From NCBI GenBank assembly GCA_976226885.1, contig OZ320316.1:60512001-60576000 (forward strand): DNA of 64,000 nucleotides. The letters run 5' to 3'. Numbering within the stretch: position 1 is the first letter of the stretch; the number at the start of each line of letters is the position of its first letter. The translations under genes were made by a program, and so were the position numbers. The notes beneath the pieces are model-generated. The model was not told the DNA's origin. It saw only the letters and a program-made list of their open reading frames with translations, and ran no database searches. Below, one piece after another: positions 45,575-57,989 of this stretch. This DNA is from Iphione sp. A-MEVVRFRX5. Lineage: Eukaryota.

Positions 45575-47149
45575 TCATTCCTTTATCCCAGCCGTCCTTT
45601 CTGATGACCCATCACCTAGCTTCCGGAGTTAAAGATTGTAGGAAAAATCACTGTAAGCATGTCGAGCGCGGAGTGTAAAAATGACCTTGTCCCGTCTCCC
45701 GCGTCCTTTTGAACGTGTGGAACATCCTCCACCAATACCCATTGGAGTCGTCAAAGAAAGAGCTATACTGTTTCTTCAATACTCGTGACGACCGATTTTC
45801 AGCTTTCAGATATTTAGGCTTGCATTTTTCATAATTATTTTGTACATTGCACTTACTGAATAATTGGCCATAGGTTATTTAATGCTATTGTATGTTTAAG
45901 GCTTCAATATTAATCAATATCATTATCCCAGGGGACCTTTTTTACTTCTATGGATTTGTTAACACGGATCAAATCACCTGTCTTGCCGACTTGAGTACGA
46001 GCATATGAAACGTTTGTATAAATTGTATATGAGACGCCTGTTTACGTGTTGAATTTTGCTGTTTTATCATCAAGAAAACTGAAAAAATCCAACGTGACAC
46101 CCGATCATCAAGTAGACGGTACATTTGCTTGAAAGTATGATATTTCCTGTAATACATGCCATAATACCAGAAAGGTGCACAGTATGGTCATTGTAGATTG
46201 GCATGCAGATGATCCTTTTCCCAAATTTGTTCCCTTATCTACTCTGACTCCCTACACAGACGAATTTCTTCTTGAGAGACGTTCGACCTGCAATATTTAA
46301 GCCAACGAGAGCGCGAGAAAGAAGTTTTGAATGATTGTCTGTTGCGTGAAATTTCAAGGTGAATTAGGCAAGGAAATAACCGTTTCCATACTCAATATTT
46401 CTTTTTATCAACCTTTACGGCAGGGGCTGTAATAATAAGGGTCAGAAAAGTGGAAAAACAGTAATTGTGAAAACTTTTTAATTTTATGCATAGTAAAGCT
46501 AGGATTAAATCTAAGAAGGTGAATACTGGGGTTGTGCGAACTGATGGTGAAGTTCCACGGTGTGCTTGTCACAGAAGTGTATTGTAAATGTTTCTAAACT
46601 AGTCAAAAACTAGAATTCTTTTGTCCGAACTTTCCTCATGAAATGGGTATTAATGAATGTGTATTAGATGTGTGCCTGCGGAAATCATGTGGGAAACCCT
46701 TTCTGCACCCTACCACATTGGGTGTTTTCATGAGTGAGTGTCTGTTGTCCACCTCCCTCTGTCTCTTTTCCTGGTTATGTTTATGTTAGTACACACGGCC
46801 CTATCTGTAAGTTTTGCAGTTTTTTTGTGTATGTCTCTAGAAACTGAACCAGAAGTGTAATTTTTTTCTTTTCTGTGCAAATTTCTTGATGCTGAGCCAA
46901 ACGTGTGTAAAATGTACAAATGATGTAAATAATATGCAAATCGTTTACATTTTATACATGCATCTCCTAACCTGAGCCTAACTTTCACTACTGATGTGTC
47001 AGTGCGTATATGCATGAAATTTGCTCTTTCTCGTTACTTCAAAATGCATGCACCAAAAACGCGCATGTACAAACAGCCCTCATAGAAATGCCACAGTCTA
47101 TTCAATATAGTACAAGTGAATAGGTGCAGTGCATGTGGCATGTGGACGT

Positions 47150-47500
47150 CACTAGCACTCTCTCCCTCTCTCTGTTCAAACTCACAACTCATGATTTTAC
47201 TGTTCAAACTTACTACAACTCAGGTTTTACTCCTCAAACTCACTTTAACTCAGGTTTTAACTTCATATGATTCTTTAAAAGACATTTCTCTCTGTCTTTT
47301 TCTCTCTCACTCTCTCTGACTCTCTGTCTCCCTCTCTCCAGCAGGCCTGTACCGGCCAGACCAGCTGAGCATGGCTCAGAACCAAAGGGTGAACCTGATG
47401 GCCCGGCAGCAGGCGGGTGGAGGCTGCACTGGATGAGCACGTGTCAAGATTGATAGCTGACAAGCGCCTTTGGCGCTTGCACTGGTAGTTGATACAGACT
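47150..47500. repeat. Dispersed repeat with internal ~28-30 bp tandem units and terminal hairpin (second copy ~48640-48860)
   Basis: AACTCAGGTTTTACTCCTCAAACTCAC units and CATATGATTCTTT...ACATTTCTCTCT shared by both copies; perfect hairpin CAAGCGCC-TTT-GGCGCTTG at 47461-47479. Confidence 0.65.
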
Positions 47501-50500
47501 TGATGGGATTCCACTGTAGCATCTTAAAAAGAATCAGTCTCTCCCTTCACTCTCTCCCTCCCTCCCTCCCTCCCTCCCTCTCTCTCTCTCTAGCTGTGAT
47601 GGCTAATAGTTTTTAGGTGCCATAGATTTTAGTGCAGAAATGCAAAAGACATATATCCTTCACCCTCATGAGTAGATTCGGCCGCTGACTGTTAGTGGCT
47701 TAGTCCAACCCAGATCTGTCTGACACTGAGCTGACCTAGATGTGTAACTGGGATAATATCACTACTCCAACTGAAAACAGTGCCCCTCTCCCATATTCCT
47801 TTTCTTATTGCTGTATTCTTATAATATATTACAGTCTTGTAGTACATAGTTTTCTGAAAGAAGCCTCTGTGACAGTCAAATACAAATAAATAACTTTTTT
47901 TCAAAATGAAGGAAGGAACTGCTTGACCGATCTTCTTTCAGCCCATTTCCAGCAGCCGTTTTAAAAGAGGGAGTGTAATAACTGGGGGGGGGGCGGTAGT
48001 GGTGAGGAATGCCTGCCATCTTGACTGACAGGGTGAGAGGGAGAGGCCCTGTCCAACTTGGCACCTAGCAGCAGCAGCAACGCACCTCAGCCCGTGTAGC
48101 CGCCACAGGCCTGCTGACACTCCAACCTTCATCCCTCCCGCTCTAGCCCCCTGCTCCAGCTTTCCTCCCAACTGAAACCCGAGCTGAGGAACCCCCCAAA
48201 AATGGTATAACACCTTTTCATGCCAGCTCAGACATCAAAGAAATAGAGCACATAGATTTCTCAACCCAGCTAGTCCTTGCATATAGTGGTCATATCACCA
48301 CCATAATTTAAACAGCACTATAAGCAGATATTATCTCCACTGAAAATGCCGCATGCATGCATGCGACATTAATGAAAAACTACCTTTTAAAAACACCCTG
48401 GCTCATTCGTTTCACTCAGATATGTATCACAGCCCAAGGCTAAGAACATGCCTTTTAGTGCAGCAATGCATGGGTTTGTCAGAAGCAGGACAGAACTGAA
48501 TTCAAATCCGTACTACTGTCGACATATATTTCAAAAATGACATCTGGTGGTGAGTGGACTCCTGAAAACGCTCGTGGGATTTTGTGTCCACGGAATTATT
48601 GCAAACAAGTGAAATGGCTGCAGGTCACTATCACTCACTCACTCGCACTCTGTTCAAACTAAGGACTAAGGTTTTTACTCCTCAATCTGACAACAACTTA
48701 GTTTTTACTCCTCAACCTCACAACTCAAGCTTTTGCTCCTAAAACTCACCACAACTCAGATTTTTACTCCTCAAACTCACAACTCAGGTATTTATCCTCA
48801 AACTCACTACAACTCAGGTTGTACATTCATATGATTCTTTGAGAAACATTTCTCTCTCCCTCCGCCACTTCCCTCCTGCAGGGGGATAGCAGCCAACCTA
48901 AGTGAGCTCTGATCCCCTCCCTCTCCCACCCTACCCCCTGCCCTGTAGTTAGGGGAGACAGTGGCCAGATCAACTGAGCTCTGACTAGAGTCGGGGTGAT
49001 AATGGTTGGGGGGAGGAGAAGGATGTCCCTGGCAGTCAGTTAGTGGCTGACTGGCCGAGTTCAAGTCAATGTCCCCCTCCCACTCTATCCTGTCCTACCT
49101 CAAGGGGTAGTGGCCACGGAGCGGGGGGTGGAGTGGTTTGGGAGGCTTAACTGACTGCAGCAAGCAGGGGAGCTGCCAGACCAACCTCCCACCCTTATCC
49201 CTCCGCTCTTCCCGTCTAGTGGCCACAAACTCCCTCCCCCAAATCCTTAGTTAGAATTTGATGTAACTGGTCTGATACAATCTAAAACTTCTAAGAGAGG
49301 AATTACCCCCCCCCCCCACTAGTCCTTGTATATAGTGGAAGTCATACCACTGCTGTAATTTAAACATCACTGTAGACCTCCACTGATAACAGTTCCTTTC
49401 TGAATGGCCAAATCACTGTGCGTGTACTGTAGAAGCTGCAGCGTCATATCTGTTATAGAGTTATTAACATTGAAAGTAAATTTATATTTTTTGCAGAAAA
49501 GAACAGGAATCACTTGAACCTGCAAAGGAAAACTACTCACGCTAGCTGAAAGGATGCAGCAGGATCACATCTTATCTTAACTGGCTCAAGTCAACTTTAG
49601 TTTGTACGAATCGACAGATGTGTCTATAAATAGGATGAATTTCAGGTAGAAAATCCCATGTTGGTACTTAAGTACATGTATGCAGATACATAAAAAAAAT
49701 GCAGATATCTAGAAAATGTTTTCCTGTCAGACCTGTCTGACAACAACTGACAGGCTATCAACTTATTTCTTATTTATGGACGATGGGATCCAGCAGAAAA
49801 TCATTTCCACAACTCTGCTATAAAAGTCAGTACTGTGAGGCAAGACTGACATTTTCACCTTATCAGCTTGTAAATGACAAAGTAGCAATATCCCTTTTAT
49901 TTGATGCAACATGACGTTAATTTGATTTTACATCATGGCAGGTTAACTCAGATGAATCATTAAATACCATCAACATCACTGATAATTCAAATGCAGGCAA
50001 AGCATTTCGCACGCAACACTTTCAATACAGCACGTAGAGCATCAGTGCTTCACCGAACCACCGCTATGTGTTCAACTAGGAATAAAGGCCTAATTTACAC
50101 CTTGCTGATAGTAAAATATATTGTAATGAACTGGAACCTAGCTTGTCATACTGCACTGCCCAGTCTGTTTTACTTTCTGTCTTTCACACCTAAAACTATT
50201 TAAACACATGTTAATCTACGTCATGATCAGTTTAGAGGACTGTCGGAATTGCGTTGGCCCTGACTACTTCATAGCACTAGTCATGGATGAAATTGGCATA
50301 GCGCTCACCTTTTGGTTACATGGGTTGCGATTCATAGAAGCTGAACAATAATTCTCAAAGCCACATCGCTCAATTCGACGATTTTTGTTTGACTTTAAAT
50401 GTAGCTTGTGGCAGGGTATGCGGCATCTTTCAGTGCCGTAAGGTGGAGTACATAGAATTTGTTTCAATATCACGAGGTTATATCCTCTACCCACTCTTAC

Positions 50501-51615
50501 GTTCTGATCATCACATTGTCGTAACATCGATAATTTGGAGATAAAGGATACTTTATCATGTCAGCATAGTGGCAATATATCAAAGTCACACCTTCGAAAA
50601 ATCCATACGTACCAAAATCCTCGCCAGAATAATACTAGGGCAATCTGGTCTATTATTTGAGAATATCTGGGCGGATCTGAGATGTCCTGGACCGATCCAG
50701 CTGACCTCTGACAGCAATATCACGCAAAACGCATCGTTCTGAGCTTACGGTTTACATCACGTTATGTATTTAAAAATAAACTGATTTACCCATCAACTGT
50801 AATCCTGAAATAAAAATAGGCGTCTCAACAGCTATCTTTTTAATACATATAACTAGAACTAAGCACTCAGTGACATGAAACAGCATTACAATAGCCACTG
50901 CTTTATACTACCACCCACGATTGTCAACCCTAGATTCTACAACATGGGGACTACCAATCCGCCAGTACAACGGAAGTTTGCCAACAATACACATGAGATC
51001 AACGGATCAGTTTTAAAACCATGGCATGTAAAACCTACGTTACAAATTTATTGCTTGGTTTTGATCCAATATCTGAATGTAGCATTTTTACCTAGTGTTC
51101 ACGACATCACATCAGGAGTCTTTCCTATTTCAACTAGCACAACCGAGTATTGAAAAGGCGTTTTTCATGGAATGAAACTGAAAATCGTGTTGCAAAAGTA
51201 CATATACATGTAGTATGTTGCACATGCAACTGCCTTATGTGAATTATTCTTTTGTAATTCTTTGGACAGGTAAGGTATTATAGTATCAATATTCAAATCG
51301 TCACATGCTCAGTTCAAACCGTAATATAGACAATCTCATAACGTACGGAACAAACACCGAACAGAGTAATCAACGTGTGGATTCTGATCAAAACAGATAT
51401 ATCGATTCGACCATATTAACGGAGGATTCCGGAAATTTCCATCGCTACTCGGACCCTTGTACACTTGACTTCTCTTAAATAGGTGAAATTCGTAATAGTA
51501 TATCTCATAACCCCCTTGCTGTAACTGTCGAATATGACAAAACGGGAAATGTTGGCAGTAAGTTATAATCACGACGGTGAGAAGATACCGAGCAACCTGA
51601 CACGGCCTGGCCTCC

Positions 51616-51864
51616 TCACTCGATGGTAACGAGCAGGTCATCACCCTCCAACTTCATGCCTGGACTCACGCTGATGTCCTTGATGACCCCACTGACCGGA
51701 GCGCCAACCACCATCTCCATCTTCATGGCACTGAGGATAACGAGTGGCTCGCCTTTCTCCACGGTGCTGCCCACCTCCACCCGTACACTGAGCACCTCAC
51801 CGGGCATTGGGGCGCCCACCGAACCCCTCACTCCTTTCAGGGCCTTCGGGTGTAAGTGTATCTC
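51616..51864 (-). CDS. PC: Pyruvate carboxylase, last exon (biotin carboxyl carrier domain)
   Basis: EIHLHPKALKGVRGSVGAPMPG...LSAMKMEMVV...EGDDLLVTIE-TGA; biotinylation motif AMKM; acceptor TTTGTAG, phase 0. Confidence 0.97.
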   Translation of the reverse strand, partial: EIHLHPKALKGVRGSVGAPMPGEVLSVRVEVGSTVEKGEPLVILSAMKMEMVVGAPVSGVIKDISVSPGMKLEGDDLLVTIE

Positions 51865-52075
51865 CTACAAATGAAAGGGTACGCAAACGTACGAGAGAAT
51901 CAACTAACTGGCCTAGGCACACTCCACTGAATTTTTAAAGGAACCAGATAGAATCATCCCAAGCTAGTGAACATATTGGGAAACAACCAAAGTATCAAAA
52001 GACCATAAAATCCGTTGATAGTACATGTACCGATTTCCTTGAATGTGCTTATTTTAGTTGTCCAGAATCAATTAC

Positions 52076-52219
52076 CTTAGCCGCCTCCTTGTCCTTGACA
52101 AGAACAGAGCGTAGCTGGCCATTCAATTCGAAGTACACCTCTCTCTCACCAAGCGCGGTCAATTTATCTCCTTTGGCCATTGTCTTGATATGCAGCGTCT
52201 TTCCCCGCTCGATCTCGAC
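52076..52219 (-). CDS. PC: Pyruvate carboxylase exon
   Basis: [12 protein letters not shown]...[22 protein letters not shown]; AG/GT boundaries, 144 nt, phase 0/0. Confidence 0.96.
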
Positions 52220-52369
52220 CTAATCACACAATAATAATTGTAATAGAAGAATTCCTACCCTTTTTCGAAATATGGAGACAATTCTAAACTGAGACTGAAG
52301 AGAAGGATGATTGTAACTATGTGGTAATAGTTACATAACTATTGTCGTCCTACAGCATTCAAAGAAACG

Positions 52370-52431
<62 letters not shown>

Positions 52432-52522
52432 AGACTAAAACAATCACTTTTCGTTAAGTATTTTAACCACAGAACATGTGCTATGCATATACAGCGAACT
52501 GGTGGTGAAGATGATTACTCAC

Positions 52523-52771
52523 TGTTGTTTCCTCTGCGATTTCCGGCCCAACTAAGAACGTCTTGGTGTCCAACTTGTCGACGGGGCCATAGGTCTCACG
52601 GAACTCCACGAAGTCGTCAAACACCTTCGGGTAGAGGGCAGCACTCACGATATCCTGGTCACTGATCTGCACACCGTGTTTCTCCTCCAGGTCCTGACGC
52701 ACCTTCTCGAAGTCAAGGGGCTCCATGGTCTCTCCAGGTCTGCCTTCCACAGTGGGAGCGCCTTTCAAGAT
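52523..52771 (-). CDS. PC: Pyruvate carboxylase exon
   Basis: ILKGAPTVEGRPG...SAALYPKVF...FLVGPEIAEETT; 249 nt, phase 0/0. Confidence 0.96.
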
Positions 52772-53177
52772 CTGGATAAAAACAAACTTATTATGGGGGA
52801 CTTTCGCCAGGTAGATAGACATCGTTGATATATCTTTTGACATTTAAGACGATTTGACATTTAATAGACATATAAGGTGCGACATCTATGTACACGATCG
52901 ATTTTTTTCCTCATGCATTTGTGAAATATGCATTTAATGGATCACAAATGGTCTTCAATATAGAAAAGTGAACGATGCTCGTTCTTCAGTTTGAAAACCA
53001 AATCGGGTCCATGTGTATTACATAGTTGCACAACAAACAAGCAGCCATGAATGTCCGGCCTTAGTCGACATTCATTATGGATGTGAAGATGTGGCGTTAG
53101 AAAATGCAGAACTTTCTTCCTAATTGTTCTGCCTTGTCGCCTCCTAGCGGACTCGATGAGAACGAAAAAGAACTGAC

Positions 53178-53357
53178 CTTCGTGCGAAGTGGCTCTGGGA
53201 ATCCTCCGGGTGGTATACCAATGTAGCCCTGGAAGTACTCAATGACAGAGGACGGGAATGACAAGTCCTCAGCTCGGTCCAGAAGCATTTCAGCGTTGAG
53301 CTTGTTCTGTACCATAAATTGTGCTAAATCGCCAACAACTTTAGAAGAAGGTGTCAC
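53178..53357 (-). CDS. PC: Pyruvate carboxylase exon
   Basis: [18 protein letters not shown]...[10 protein letters not shown]; 180 nt, phase 0/0. Confidence 0.97.
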
Positions 53358-54219
53358 CTGGAAATGGATTCGGGGGGAACATTAAAATTACATGCATTTA
53401 CATATTTGGCGTCTAGTGTTGAGGCATTTATCATTGGTGAGGGGCTATTCACATGCGTGCATATTTTCCTATGTCTTTTGATCCGTGGCCATAGAAAAAT
53501 ACTTTTCAAAGAGCCATTTAGATGAGACCGTGTGCATATTTTTCTGTCTACGGATCCATAGATGTAGATGACGATCAGTCCAGGACCAATTTTCTATGAC
53601 TACTGATGCATAGGTCATATACTTCCATAGTAAAGAAACATCTGGTTCACAAATGGAAGCAATTGAAATGCTATGTGTACATGTGTACAGCCCCTTAGTA
53701 TTGACAGTGGTGTCGACAGACCTGTAGAGTCTCTCCTGTCAGGCATGTGGAGAAATGGAGAATGGGAAATCATTACGGCAGGGTTTCTTTCTACATGAAT
53801 GTCAGTTTGTACTTGGGACTGGTTCAGGTAACAGTATCTGAAAAAACCTTGCAAAAATTTGAAACCGCTGATAAATTTGATATGATTAATCATTGGGAAC
53901 ATAAGGGAAAAAATTCACATATCCAGCAACCCCAAACCATCTCATAGGATCTTGATGGTTAAGAATGATCCGGCCAACCGACTGAAGGACAGAGATACCC
54001 AGAGGGTCTAGTTAGGTCAGTTAGATACTAATATTTTCAGGTCGGTAGACTGATATGACCTCCGAGAGAGTTCGAAGGCAAAAAAGGAGCAGATTTCGAA
54101 AGAAAAGAAAAAACTAAAAATAAAGGTGAACGTAAAAGTATTCAACCACATTCGAAAATATATTAAAGTTGCCGGCATCGGTCTGATCAATATTCAAGAG
54201 GTAACTAAGACCTACTGAC

Positions 54220-54335
54220 CTTAATGATATCTCCTAGTAACATGTTGGCCTGCTTGTACATTTTCTTGATCTCCTCAAATTGGTCAGCAAGACCCAAGCT
54301 GAACGCTTGGAATTGCAGGTTTGTATACTGGCCTC
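54220..54335 (-). CDS. PC: Pyruvate carboxylase exon
   Basis: [16 protein letters not shown]...LLGDIIK; 116 nt, phase 1/0. Confidence 0.96.
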
Positions 54336-56228
54336 CTGATAAGATATGAACGTCACAACAATAGGGTACACTTATGAATAAATTGAATTGTCTGAATCCT
54401 CTACACATTGAAATGCTGATCAAAAATCAGCATCACCAGACCAAATCTTTACACTTCAGCAAAGGCATTAAAAGTATGATGGTCAGACAGATCACATGGT
54501 TTCAAGAATTCCTCATTTCAAAAACAGAAAAATATCCATGAAGCAGTAGACAATGGTAGGCATTTTGGCTCAAAGTTAGACTACGTCAAACGTATTTGAT
54601 GAAATTACGACTTAATCTTAAGAAACTAGTCACTGCAGGGTTAACAAAAGCAATGATATATGCTGCTTCCCATCCCACCTGAGAGGGAGAAGGCGATTTG
54701 TACTATGGGGTAAAGTCATGGGGTAAAGTCACCTCTTATATCAGTAAAGTATGGGGTACCTAAGGGTAGCCTGATACGACCCATTTTCTTCACAATTTTG
54801 ATTAACAGACTGCCACTCTCTTTACCAGGCAATTCTTACACAGCCGACATAACCCTCTACTGTACTGCTGCTAACTTGATGGTTGTGTATCCCAAAATAC
54901 AAAGGAACTAAAAGATATTGTAAGCTGGACCAAGTAGGATGGACTGCTAATCAACGAGGAAAAAACTACATACATTGCGTCTGGCAAAAGTAAAGACTTT
55001 GACCTTGGTCTAACTCTGAACAACAAATCATTGGCTAGGGTTATTGATTGTAGTTTTCTAAGGTATCTGTTACACAATAAATCGAGCTGGGTGCCCATGA
55101 TCCAACAGGTAGGGAAGCGGGCACATGTGAGAAAATACGTTCTAAGTTACAAGTGCCAAAGGCGCTTGCAATGGTTGTGTGTGTGCATGCAAAAATCGGC
55201 AGGTTTATACTGCGAATCGGCGGGTTTATACTGCAAATCGGCAGTGTCTAAGGTGTGACCTGAGATGTTACCACAACGTCTTAGAGGTCCATGCTCAAAG
55301 TATGACTCAGTCAGCGGCCAACTCCACTTGCATTCAAAGGGTGGCAGGAGGCGGCAGGGGACAAAGGGAGGTGGCGAGAGGTGTCTGGAGGCGGCCAGGG
55401 ATGAGGGGAAGCGGCCGGGGGTGAAAGGAGGTGGCCAGGGATGAAGACAGGTAGCTGTGGCTGGTAAGAATTATCACCTGTACTGGCATTGTGTGTGTGT
55501 AGATGTGGTTGTGGTTGTGTGTGCATGCGTGTTTGTGGCTGCGTGTGTGTGCTGCAGTGAAAATCAGCTGAATAGGGCTGCCATTTTGTTTGTTTACTAA
55601 TCAGTGCAATGATACATCCCTTGCCAGTGTGAGAAGGCTGAGAGACTGGTATCCATGCCCTCACTTCGTAGAGGGGGGGGGACTTGAGGACAGGGTACCA
55701 GTCTACAAGGCTGATAGGAAGGAAGCAGCTGACAGATCCACTTTCCATTCTACTTTCGGCAGCCACTATAAATAAGGTCGTTTAAAAAGATATTTTGCCT
55801 TTCAAAGAAATAATTAGACTACTCAAAGCCTTCATTCATCCCATCTTAGATTATGGTCTATGTTTCATGCTATGTTGCCCAATAAAAGTTTAAGAGGAAC
55901 TTCAAAGAGAATTCAACCCTGCACTGAAGATAGTAATAATTAAGCTCATCATAGATTTTCTGAGGACCCTCAAAGGGTCCTCTACCAATTAGGCCGACTA
56001 CCTGCAATGCCCTCACACGCGGTATGAATAAAAAACACACAAATACGGTTCTGGTGATGCTAGATTATAATGTGTTACGGTGATGATACAGAGATGTAGC
56101 TCTTATGTAAAGCTTTGCATGATACCAATAGAAACGTAAACGCTTGTCAACAGCATAATTACAAACAAATGAAACTGTGATATTGTACGTCTTTCTTAAG
56201 TAGCTGATAAAACAAGGTAATACTGTAC

Positions 56229-56357
56229 CTGGTATTTCATTTTCGTATATATCAGCGTTTCCACTCTTCATTGTCACTGTACATTCAAAAGGTCCGTACA
56301 ACTGCCTCGCTTGTTCCCAGTATGCTGAGAACTGAGATACTGCCGAAGAGCTTACTC
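56229..56357 (-). CDS. PC: Pyruvate carboxylase exon
   Basis: [34 protein letters not shown]; 129 nt, phase 1/1. Confidence 0.96.
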
Positions 56358-57989
56358 CTACACAATTAAACAGAGTGTATCATTCACATAATGATCATTA
56401 CAAAAAACATGTTTTAGGAGTACTTTTAGTCTTTAGACTTATATGTGATGTCCCTTGCCCAAAATACTAGATTATAATACTTTCATACAAAATAGATACG
56501 ACTTACTGATGAAAAACAAATATGTCACTATTCCAGTTACTAAAGCAGAGCTATTTCGGGATCACACATGATCATATACGCCATACTGATACAGTGGCAA
56601 AATATCAGTTGACGTTTCCTTACAATGGTGTTAATAAAACGTCTCTGAAGATTTATGAAATATTCTACAGTTTGATAAATTTGCAGAATCTAGCATCATG
56701 TAGCCAGGCAAAATTCTCATGGAGAAAATTAGTGGATTACATGAACTTACAGTGAAAAGTGATCATGACTTTGTACCAGGACGTGGACACAGGTATGTGA
56801 GATATAGTATAGGTGGTGCAACTGTAGCTAAAGCCACACACATTCACATTTTTAAACAGGATGAAAAGAGAAACCTAAGAGACTGAATAAAGCTAAATGG
56901 CCAAAGGGAGGGAGAGGTGGGCAGTTTGACACCTTACACAATGAACAATCCCTTGAATGACTCTGTTAGGGAATGACTTATCATGCTAACAACTCTACTC
57001 ACATCTTACAGAATGAATAACAGAGTGAAACATTCCACTGTCTTAAAATGGTGGTATCCAGCAAGAGGTGATTGCCCCCGGCAGTGAAACATGCCCTGTT
57101 GTTCTTCGCATAGTAGTCTTAATAGGCAAAGGGTCACCCTGGGTGGCTGGTTGCCGTCAGCATTGAGAGTTAAATAGTAAATGTACAGAGAATCAATCGG
57201 TTCTGGGTGAATGGTCACCCCAGGCAGCCGGTCGACTAGTGAGAGTCGACTGTATTTGCATGGCTCAACATGCCCTCTTCATAATTTCCAACAAAGGCAT
57301 AACCATCCTAGCCAAAGAAGAAACAGACCTAGTGGAATAAACAGAAAATACCTACATGACAATTCCAGACAATGTCTACCTAGTCAAAGTGGGTGTAGAG
57401 ACAGACTTATGGCAGTCTGTAAACGAGATAAAAAAAGAATCATCCCTTTGCTTAGCTCTGAATGATGTTGTCCTAGTGATGTACTCCTTGAGACATCCGA
57501 CAACACAAATACTCAGTTGATGTAGACTTAAAAGGGTTTCTCAGATGGTCCAGGGTGTTGAACCTGGATTTCCAAAAAAAATAAAGGGGAGCACAGGACA
57601 ATTTGTTATTAGTAATAAAAACTAAGCTTATTTCAACTGTTTGATATGGTTTTTGTATGGAAAAATCCTCAAAAAATCAAGAAACACTTCAAGAATGAAG
57701 ACATCATTCAACTTTTACAGGGGAATGCCTTCAGGCATCACCAGGCTTTTGCGTGGGAATGCCTAGAGGCATCACTCACCCTTATAGCATTAATGTGAAA
57801 TCTGTCCTTAACAAACCAAACTCCTTAACACTAACAAAACATCCTTAGTCTCTAGCACATTAATGTAAAACACTCTCATGCATCTTCCATCTGCCACCAA
57901 AAGTGGAACCATCAAACCATGCACCCTAACCAAACTCAGAGGTGTTAATATATAAAACATAAGTGAACATCTGAGTCACCAAAAGCTAA